Source: Deltaproteobacteria bacterium (GTDB taxonomy: Bacteria > Myxococcota_A > UBA9160 > UBA4427). From it: a stretch of 64,000 nt of DNA. Within the stretch, counting starts at the first letter, position 1, and each line of letters starts with the position of its first letter. Both the position numbers and the translations under genes were made by a program. Positions 56,946-64,000 of this stretch are shown piece by piece. The stretch lies in NCBI GenBank assembly GCA_016713665.1, contig JADJOR010000024.1, positions 342,862 through 406,861 on the forward strand, read 5' to 3'. The notes below the pieces were generated by a model, which ran no database searches, had not been told where the DNA came from, and saw only the letters and a program-made list of their open reading frames with translations.

Positions 56946-58042
56946 AGACTCACTCACGGAGCTTCTTGACCCTATCCCTCATGCTGCTTGTCGGCTGCGA
57001 AGGGGGAGAAGCGACCGAGTTGGCAGAATCCGCTGCCCCCGCGGTCGATGTCTGGGTGGTGCCAGTGCGAGCAGAAACGATCGTTGAGCCTATTATCGGA
57101 ACGGGTTCCATCGCTGCCCACAAGACGAGCAATATCGGACCTCGTGTCGACGGCATCATCGAAGAGATTTACGTGCGCGTCGGAGACCGCGTTGAAGCCG
57201 GCGCCCCCCTTTTTCGTACGCGCGACATCGACCATCGCATTCGCGTCGATGAGGCTAAACACGCCTTTCGCCTCGCGCGGGCCGAGGCCGAGAAGGCCTC
57301 GCGAGACTGGAAACGTGTCGAAAAGCTTGCGACTGAGGGAGTTGCCTCGAGCGAGCAGCTCGACGGCGTTCGCACGAATGATGAAATTGCCGCCGCCCGT
57401 CTCGGCGCAGCGCAGAACGCACTCGACAGCGCCAAGCAGAACCTCGCCGACACGCTTGTTGTTGCCCCGTATGCAGGGGTAGTCACCGCACGTCTTGTCG
57501 ACGAGGGCGTGATGATGCGGACGATGCTGAGCAGCAATTCACACGTCGTTCAGCTCATGAAAATCGACGTCGTCGCCGCCATCGTCCAGGTTCCAGCTCT
57601 ACACCTTGCCAGCATCAAGCTCGGAACTCGCGCCACGCTCCACATCGACGGCCTCCCAAAGCCTTACGAAGGCGAGGTTCTCATCCTGAACGACCGGATA
57701 GACCTGGCGAGCCGTGCATTCGAAGTCCGCATCCCCATCAAGAACGATGACCTGGCGGTGAAGCCAGGGCTCTTCGTCCGCGCGGAGCTCCGTCCTGAAG
57801 GGCGCCAAGCGCTCGTCATTGAGCGGCGCGCTGTTCTAGGAAGCAATGGTGGCCGTTATGTGTTCAAGTCTGAAAATGCGACGGCGACGAAACGGCCTGT
57901 CGAAGTCCGGGACCTCGACGCAGGTCGCTTCGAGGTTCTTTCCGGCCTCGCTGCTGGAGACCAGGTTCTAACTGGACCGTCCCTGCCTCGTCTGGTTGAA
58001 GGAACGCCCATCGCAGTACGGACTACCCATGTGGATTTCTGA
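56942..58042 (+). CDS. RND efflux periplasmic adaptor (membrane fusion protein), lipoprotein
   Basis: GTGA overlap with the TetR stop. Lipobox LLVGC. HlyD-like barrel-sandwich and coiled-coil pattern (IGPRVDGIIEEIYVRVGDRVEAGAPLF...VVAPYAGVVT). Confidence 0.85.
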   Translation: MKTHSRSFLTLSLMLLVGCEGGEATELAESAAPAVDVWVVPVRAETIVEPIIGTGSIAAHKTSNIGPRVDGIIEEIYVRVGDRVEAGAPLFRTRDIDHRIRVDEAKHAFRLARAEAEKASRDWKRVEKLATEGVASSEQLDGVRTNDEIAAARLGAAQNALDSAKQNLADTLVVAPYAGVVTARLVDEGVMMRTMLSSNSHVVQLMKIDVVAAIVQVPALHLASIKLGTRATLHIDGLPKPYEGEVLILNDRIDLASRAFEVRIPIKNDDLAVKPGLFVRAELRPEGRQALVIERRAVLGSNGGRYVFKSENATATKRPVEVRDLDAGRFEVLSGLAAGDQVLTGPSLPRLVEGTPIAVRTTHVDF

Positions 58043-61000
58043 CGTCTCAGTCCGACGGCCAGTTTTAGCCATCATGGCCTCCGCTGCGCTTGTCGCAGTA
58101 GGCTGGATATCGCTGGGCCGAATCGGCGTCGACTTTTTTCCCCAGGTCGAAATGCCCATCATAACGGTGTCGACCGTCCTCGAAGGGGCGACGCCCGGCA
58201 CGATAGAGACCGAAGTCACCGAAGTGCTCGAGGAGGAAATCAGCAACCTCGGCTCACTCGAACAGCTGAGCTCGACGAGCTCCGAAGGCCTTTCACTGAT
58301 CGTCGCTCGATTTGCGCTCGAGATGAACGCAGAAGCCGCTGTTCAAAAGGTGCGTGCCAAAGTCGAGCTGGCGCGGCGGCATCTTCCGCCAGACACCGAG
58401 CCTTCCATCGTGGAGATGGTGGATCCGGATTCGCAGCCCATTCTCGCCATCATGATTGCGGGCGACATCCCCATCCGCGATCTCACCCGATTTGCCAAGG
58501 ACGAGGTCAAGGAAAGACTCCAGCGTTTACGTGGTGTCGGTTCCGTCACTTTGGTCGGCGGTCGTGAGCGCGAGATTCGCATTTGGCTCGACGCGAGCCG
58601 GATGCGTGCCTACGAGGTCACCGCGGATGACGTCATCCAGGCCATTCGCAGAGAGCATGCAGAGATTCCAGGCGGCCGCCTCGAGACCGGTGGCCGTACA
58701 TCCGAATTCTCGTTCAAGACGAAGGGCGAGGTGGAATCGGTCGACGAGTTTTCGGACCTCGTCATTGCCTTTCGGGAAGGAGCACCGACTCTCGTTGGGG
58801 ACGTTGCTCGCGTGGAAGATGGACTGCAGGACGAACGCACCTACGCTGAACTCGACGGCGTTCCCGGTGTTTCACTCGAGCTCCGCCGGCAATCAGGGGA
58901 GAACACTGTTGCTGTCGCGACGCGCGTCAAGGCCGAACTCGCTCGGCTTGCGGCCGAGGCCCCGCCTGGCGTCCAGATTCTTGCCGCACGCGACTCCTCC
59001 CGCTTCATCGAATCCTCGGTTCACGAGACGTTTATGGACATGTGGGTTGGCGGGTTTCTCGCTGTCGCCGTCACTTTGCTTTTCTTGCGCAACTTTCGAA
59101 CGACACTCCTCGTTGCGATGGCGATTCCGACCTCCATCGTCGCAACCTTCTTTTTCTTCTCCCTTGCCGGATTCACCCTCAACATCATCAGTCTGATTGG
59201 CATATCCATCTCGATTGGCCTCTTGATAGACGACGCCATCGTCGTCGTCGAAGTGATTCAGCGACGCATTGAAGAAGGGGAGTCGCCACTCGAAGCAGCC
59301 GCACACGGAACCGCCGAAGTCGGGCCAGCCATATTCGCAGCGACGGCAGCCATCGCTTCGGTCTTCGTTCCGATCGCCTTCATGGAGGGAATGATCGGTC
59401 GCATGTTCCTCGAATACGGCCTCACCGTCGTGTTCGCGGTCACGGTGTCCCTTTTCATCGCAGTCACACTCACGCCGGCCCTCGCCGGTCGCCTCATGAG
59501 TCGTGAATCCACCCATGGTCGACTCTACGTCGTGCTCGAGCGGGCGTATACGCTTCTCGAGACCCGCTACGAACGCCTTCTCGCTGCCGCCCTACGCCAC
59601 CGCGGACTAATTCTTGGGATCGCATTCGTCGCGGTGATTGCCGCGGGATTCATCTCTCGCACAATTCCTCTTGAATTCTCACCAAGAGCAGACCGATCGG
59701 AATTCGAGACCCACATCGAACTTCCGCTTGGAACCGGCATTGAGACAACGAAACTCACCGCGAAGCGAGCGCGGGACGCACTCGCCTCCATCGACGAGGT
59801 CGCAGCCGTCTTTTCTACGATTGGTTCTGGGAGCCAGGGACGCGTCAACGAGATTGTCCTCTACGTGGCGTTGACACCCAAGGCCGAGCGCGAGCGACCC
59901 ATGCTCGAGGTCATGGACATTGCGCGCAACGTCGTCCCGTCGGCCGTGCCGGAGGCGAAATCCGTCATCGTCAGCGAAGTCTCGGTGATTTCAGGGGGTA
60001 GTTTCACGGGTTTCGGTATGCAGTATGCGCTCGAGGGTCCCGACTTGGAGCAACTCGCTCAGGTTTCCACCACCCTCGTCGCCCGCATGAGAGCGAGCCC
60101 CTCGTTTGCCGACGTGACATCCAGCTATGAGGATGGGCGCCCCGAAATACAAGCGATCGTCGACCGCCAGGCCGCGGCCGACCAGGGCGTCTTCCTTAGC
60201 GCGATTGCCAATACTCTTCGAGCCACTGTCGGCGGTGTCGATGCGGCGACGTATGAGGAAGACGGGGAGCGATACGACGTTCGCGTTCGCCTCGAAGAAG
60301 CGCAGCGTGACGACCTTGCCGAATTGAGCGTTCTCCAGGTGCGTTCCGCAGATGGGTCACTCGCGAACCTGGCAAGCATTGCATCTCTCGAGGTCGGCTC
60401 CGGGCCCGTCCAAATAGACCGCGAGAATCGTACCCGGAAGATTGACATCTTCGCGAACAATCCGAACGGCGTTGCTTTGGGAACGGCCGTCGCTGAAGTC
60501 GACCGATTCGTTTCGGAAATCGGTCTCCCGCCAGAAGTCATCGGCCGCCACCGCGGCTGGGGCGAGAAGATGCAAGAGACGGCTCAAGCAATCGTATTCG
60601 CCTTCGCCCTTGCAGTGCTCGCCCTCTACATGGTTTTGGGGAGCCAGTTCAACGACTTCTTTCAGCCCGTATCGATCATGGCAACCGCGCCACTTGCGTT
60701 TGTGGGGGCATTTTCCACGCTCGCACTCTCCGGACAGAATTTGAGCATCTTCGGGCAGATTGCACTTCTCGCACTCGTGGGCCTCGTGATGAAGAACGGA
60801 ATTCTGATCGTCGATCACGCCAACCAAGCGCGTGAGCGTGGACTGGATGCACGTGAGGCCATGCTCGAAGCTGGGCCGATTCGCCTTCGGCCCGTCCTGA
60901 TGACGACGCTGTCGACCGTCTTCGGGATGATCCCGCTCGCATTCTCCGAGGCGGATGCGTCGGAGTATCGAGCCCCTATGGGCGTACTCGCGATCGGCGG

Positions 61001-61157
61001 AATGATTTCATTGACAGCGCTTACGTTGGTCGTCGTTCCGGTTGTCTATTCGTTGATCGACGAAGGCATCCAATCCCTGACGCATTTCCTTACGTCTCTT
61101 CGTCGCCGAAGACCGAATTTGCGTGAGGTCTCAGCAACGACTCTTTCACAAGATTAG
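58029..61157 (+). CDS. RND efflux transporter permease (AcrB/HAE-type)
   Basis: From ORF 57996..61157, trimmed to ATG 58029 (MWISDVSVRRPVLAIM), overlapping the MFP stop by 14 nt. ~1042 aa with two large periplasmic loops and 12-TM-like hydrophobic blocks. Confidence 0.9.
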   Translation: MWISDVSVRRPVLAIMASAALVAVGWISLGRIGVDFFPQVEMPIITVSTVLEGATPGTIETEVTEVLEEEISNLGSLEQLSSTSSEGLSLIVARFALEMNAEAAVQKVRAKVELARRHLPPDTEPSIVEMVDPDSQPILAIMIAGDIPIRDLTRFAKDEVKERLQRLRGVGSVTLVGGREREIRIWLDASRMRAYEVTADDVIQAIRREHAEIPGGRLETGGRTSEFSFKTKGEVESVDEFSDLVIAFREGAPTLVGDVARVEDGLQDERTYAELDGVPGVSLELRRQSGENTVAVATRVKAELARLAAEAPPGVQILAARDSSRFIESSVHETFMDMWVGGFLAVAVTLLFLRNFRTTLLVAMAIPTSIVATFFFFSLAGFTLNIISLIGISISIGLLIDDAIVVVEVIQRRIEEGESPLEAAAHGTAEVGPAIFAATAAIASVFVPIAFMEGMIGRMFLEYGLTVVFAVTVSLFIAVTLTPALAGRLMSRESTHGRLYVVLERAYTLLETRYERLLAAALRHRGLILGIAFVAVIAAGFISRTIPLEFSPRADRSEFETHIELPLGTGIETTKLTAKRARDALASIDEVAAVFSTIGSGSQGRVNEIVLYVALTPKAERERPMLEVMDIARNVVPSAVPEAKSVIVSEVSVISGGSFTGFGMQYALEGPDLEQLAQVSTTLVARMRASPSFADVTSSYEDGRPEIQAIVDRQAAADQGVFLSAIANTLRATVGGVDAATYEEDGERYDVRVRLEEAQRDDLAELSVLQVRSADGSLANLASIASLEVGSGPVQIDRENRTRKIDIFANNPNGVALGTAVAEVDRFVSEIGLPPEVIGRHRGWGEKMQETAQAIVFAFALAVLALYMVLGSQFNDFFQPVSIMATAPLAFVGAFSTLALSGQNLSIFGQIALLALVGLVMKNGILIVDHANQARERGLDAREAMLEAGPIRLRPVLMTTLSTVFGMIPLAFSEADASEYRAPMGVLAIGGMISLTALTLVVVPVVYSLIDEGIQSLTHFLTSLRRRRPNLREVSATTLSQD

Positions 61158-61223
61158 CGACGGATATCCCGTTCGTCTCGCCACGGTATCTCGCCACAGG
61201 CACAAGACAAAGGGACTGAATTC

Positions 61224-62435
61224 ATGGACTACAACCCGCTCGCCCCCGAGTCACGCGCGAACCCGTACCCCGGCTACGCACTTCTACGAAAGGAGGCGCC
61301 GGTATATGAAATTCAACCATTCGGCGTGTTCGCGGTCAGTCGGTACCGCGAGGTGCTCCACATCTTGAAGACGCCCGAGGTCTACTCCTCGCAAGGCATG
61401 AAAGCAATGATGACCGGTCAGACCGGCATGACGAACGGTTCGGTTGCAGGCCGTACGAGCGTTCTCACCGAATCCGACAATCTCATCGCTTCGGACCCCC
61501 CGATTCACGACCGGCTGCGAGCTGTCGTGAATCGCGGCTTCACGCCGCGGCGCATTGGAGCGCTTGAGCCGCGCATACGAAAGATTGCGGTCGAATGCCT
61601 CTCAGCGGTCGCCAAGAATGGCGAGATGGATTTGGTCGCCGACCTATCGATGCCGCTCCCGGTGAGAGTGATTGCAGAGCTTCTCGGAGTCCCCGCCGAG
61701 CGCCTCCATGACTTCAAGCGGTGGTCAGACGCCATCATCACGAGCGTAACGGGGGTGAATCAACCAACAGACCGCGAGCACGCCGTTCGGGTCCGGGAGG
61801 AGTTCGTCGATTTCTTTGCCGGAGCGATTGCCGAGCGTCGCAAGAGGCCGACCGATGACCTGATTTCTACTTTGATTCGCGCTGAACAGGGAGAAGGCAC
61901 GCTTACAGAGGGCGAAGTGCTTGCATTCTCGGTTCTTCTGCTCGTAGCTGGAAACGAGACGACGACCAATCTTCTGGGAAACGCGCTCCTCGCGCTGACC
62001 GAGCATCCCGCCGAGCTCTCGAAGGTTGTGAAACGGCCGGAGCTCATCGAAGGGCTAGTGGAGGAGGTGGTGCGTTACGACTCTCCCGTGCAAGCCCTGT
62101 TTCGACAAACCCTCGAGGACACTGAGTTGGCGGGGGTCACGATTCCGAAGGGCAAGATGGTGATGGTGCTTCTCGGGTCGGCGAACCGAGACGAGGAATG
62201 GCTTCCCGACGCTTCAAGCTTCGACGTAACAAGAAATCCGAAGGGCCACGTCGGCTTTGGCTTCGGGATTCATTTCTGCCTCGGGGCTTCTCTTGCCCGC
62301 CTCGAAGCGCGCGTCGCGCTCGAGGAGCTATTCCGCCGTTGCCGCAACCTCGAGAGGACCAGTGCCAACGTTGAATGGATTGACTCGCTCATTCTTAGGG
62401 GCCCCAAGACCCTTCCCCTACGGTTTGAGGCCTAG
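61224..62435 (+). CDS. cytochrome P450
   Basis: FGFGIHFCLGASLA, VEEVVRY and AGNETT motifs. Confidence 0.9.
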   Translation: MDYNPLAPESRANPYPGYALLRKEAPVYEIQPFGVFAVSRYREVLHILKTPEVYSSQGMKAMMTGQTGMTNGSVAGRTSVLTESDNLIASDPPIHDRLRAVVNRGFTPRRIGALEPRIRKIAVECLSAVAKNGEMDLVADLSMPLPVRVIAELLGVPAERLHDFKRWSDAIITSVTGVNQPTDREHAVRVREEFVDFFAGAIAERRKRPTDDLISTLIRAEQGEGTLTEGEVLAFSVLLLVAGNETTTNLLGNALLALTEHPAELSKVVKRPELIEGLVEEVVRYDSPVQALFRQTLEDTELAGVTIPKGKMVMVLLGSANRDEEWLPDASSFDVTRNPKGHVGFGFGIHFCLGASLARLEARVALEELFRRCRNLERTSANVEWIDSLILRGPKTLPLRFEA

Positions 62436-62439
62436 AACC

Positions 62440-63381
62440 ATGAGCCTGTCTCGACTCTCGCCGAATCAAGGAAGCCTTGGGTCCGCGGGCGGTGGCGTCT
62501 CGACGATTCGACTTCGAGGGGCCGGAGTCGAGCTGGCCGCTGATGTGCGAGGGCCGGAGAGCGGCCCTCCCGTGCTTCTATTGCACGGCGGCGGACAGAC
62601 CCGCCACGCCTGGGCACACACGGCAACAGCGCTTGCGAACGAGGGCTGGCGGGCCATTGCGCTCGACCTCAGAGGGCATGGCGACAGCGACTGGCCAGAG
62701 AACGGCGATTACGGCCCCGATCATTTCGCGGCTGACCTCCACGCGGTCGTCGGCCAATTGGGAGAGCGCCCTGCAGTCGTAGGGGCCTCTCTCGGGGGGA
62801 TGATGGCCTTGGCGTCGCTGCGACTGTCGGTGACGCAACCGTATTCCGAGGTGGTGCTCGTCGATATCGCACCCAGAATGGAGCCGGTTGGCGTCGAGCG
62901 CATCATCAAATTCATGCTCGGCTACCCCGACGGATTTGCCACATTGACCGACGCAGCCGACGCAATCGCGGCCTACCGCCCCAACAAGCCGCGTCCGTCT
63001 GATTTGAGTGGTCTCGAACGCACCCTTCGCCGCACGCCCGACGGCCGGTGGCATTGGCGTTGGGACGTTCGCTTCCTGACCTCGAAATTTCAGGCGGGTG
63101 GTAATGGCATTGAGCGTCTCGGGCCCTCGAGACAAGCCATGGAGGAGGGCTTGCTCGCCGGCGCTCGCCGAATCAAGGTGCCCACCCTATTGGTGCGAGG
63201 GGCGGAGAGCGATGTGGTGAGTCGCGAAGGTGCCGACGCCCTTCTCGAGGCAGTCCCTCACGCTCAGTGCATCGATATTGACGATGCCGGGCACATGGTT
63301 TCAGGCGACCAGAACGATGCGTTTACAAGAGCTGTGGTCGAGTTTCTTGCAAGGTCGTTGCAGCAGAGGATGAGGCAGTGA
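62440..63381 (+). CDS. alpha/beta hydrolase (Ser nucleophile)
   Basis: From ORF 62257..63381, trimmed to ATG 62440 (MSLSRLSPNQ), 4 nt after the P450 stop. Motifs LLLHGGGQTRHAW and GASLGG. Confidence 0.85.
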   Translation: MSLSRLSPNQGSLGSAGGGVSTIRLRGAGVELAADVRGPESGPPVLLLHGGGQTRHAWAHTATALANEGWRAIALDLRGHGDSDWPENGDYGPDHFAADLHAVVGQLGERPAVVGASLGGMMALASLRLSVTQPYSEVVLVDIAPRMEPVGVERIIKFMLGYPDGFATLTDAADAIAAYRPNKPRPSDLSGLERTLRRTPDGRWHWRWDVRFLTSKFQAGGNGIERLGPSRQAMEEGLLAGARRIKVPTLLVRGAESDVVSREGADALLEAVPHAQCIDIDDAGHMVSGDQNDAFTRAVVEFLARSLQQRMRQ

Positions 63382-64000
63382 GCGCTGTACACGAGCAGTT
63401 TGATTTCAGTGCACTTCCCGACGCCAGCCGTCGCGCGTGGTGGCTCATTGGCGCGCGCTGGGATTTCGTTCTTTTCCTGGGATCGCCGTTGATTCTGCTT
63501 CTCGCGGCAGAACTTGCCACCCGTCATGGCGCTGAAATGGTCATCGTCGTGGCCGGTACCGTAGGCGCCGTCGCGCACCACTTTCCAGGCTTCCTCCGAG
63601 CCTATGGCGATAGAGAGTTGTTTCTCCGACAGTGGCCACGATTAGTGTTTGCACCGCTTGCCTTCGCGATTCTCTGCTCGACGTTCGTGTTTGGCAACCT
63701 CGACGGCCTCTCCTTCATCGTTCTGATGTGGGGAGTTTGGCACGCGAGCGCACAGGTGTACGGAATGGGCCGCGTCTATGACGCGAAGGCAGGACACCTG
63801 TTGCCTCGAACCGCGCTGCTCGACAAGATGGTGTGCGCCAGTTGGTTTGCGCTTGTTCTGCTGCTCTCTCCGGGACGCCTCTCTGTCGCCCTGAAAGAGC
63901 TCTACAAGTGTGGTCTTCCGACGGCGAGTCCCGATCTCATCTTCGCACTGCAGCTTTGCTCGATAGTTGTGACTTCCGCCGTCACTGGCGCCTGGATTCT
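63378..64000 (+). CDS. hypothetical integral membrane protein, 5' part only (runs off the right edge)
   Basis: Own translation from GTG 63378 (GTGA overlap with the hydrolase stop): VSAVHEQFDFSALPDASRRAWWLIGARWDFVLFLGSPLILLLAAELATRHGAEMVIVVAGTVGAVAHHFPGFLRAYGDRELF...FIVLMWGVWHASAQVYGMGRVYD.... Open to base 64000, with several hydrophobic segments. Not in the ORF track. Confidence 0.55.
   Translation, partial: MSAVHEQFDFSALPDASRRAWWLIGARWDFVLFLGSPLILLLAAELATRHGAEMVIVVAGTVGAVAHHFPGFLRAYGDRELFLRQWPRLVFAPLAFAILCSTFVFGNLDGLSFIVLMWGVWHASAQVYGMGRVYDAKAGHLLPRTALLDKMVCASWFALVLLLSPGRLSVALKELYKCGLPTASPDLIFALQLCSIVVTSAVTGAWI

Overview
This is a 64-kb window from a high-GC, Gram-negative-type genome (RND/MFP efflux genes, lipobox lipoproteins), possibly a metagenome-derived contig. 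All calls come from reading the sequence and the ORF track by eye; no searches were run. The window falls into three zones. (1) 1-20.1 kb is very GC-rich and densely packed with lipid/steroid/hydrocarbon-type oxidation genes: two KstD-like flavoproteins, a TauD dioxygenase, a P450 overlapping a sterol-desaturase-family gene, crotonase, SDRs, an ACAD with an APH-type kinase, two epoxide-hydrolase-type enzymes, a sulfotransferase, and NTF2/SnoaL proteins. It ends at tRNA-Ser(GGA), 20099-20186. (2) 20.2-36.6 kb is an island directly downstream of the tRNA. It holds an intact Phd/YefM antitoxin beside a destroyed VapC, and a cassette of DNA-binding gene(s), a GHKL (MORC-like) ATPase and a convergent SPPY DNA methyltransferase. 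It also holds a large serine recombinase with DUF2924, a gutted prophage-like module (ParB-methylase, DUF5681, broken terminase), an XRE repressor and nested IS debris. (3) 36.6-64 kb is visibly lower in GC and contains two paralogous catabolic modules (DUF35 + SCP-x-type thiolase, amidohydrolase + XRE/cupin regulator, P450, thioesterases, Rieske oxygenase, SDR). These modules are separated and bracketed by rve-type transposase pseudogenes. Zone 3 ends with a TetR-MFP-RND operon that runs on into a fourth P450, an alpha/beta hydrolase and a membrane protein. The most conspicuous sequence feature is a 531-nt ~95% poly-C tract (54888-55418) abutting an IS66-type end. I read it as an assembly or base-calling artefact and a possible chimeric junction, not biology. 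The best candidate for an undescribed system is the GHKL-ATPase/methyltransferase cassette at 21.7-26.3 kb, but two of its genes need frameshift repair. About 15 loci carry frameshifts or in-frame stops, and 14 of them lie between 20.6 and 56.1 kb. I saw no rRNA genes and no CRISPR array.
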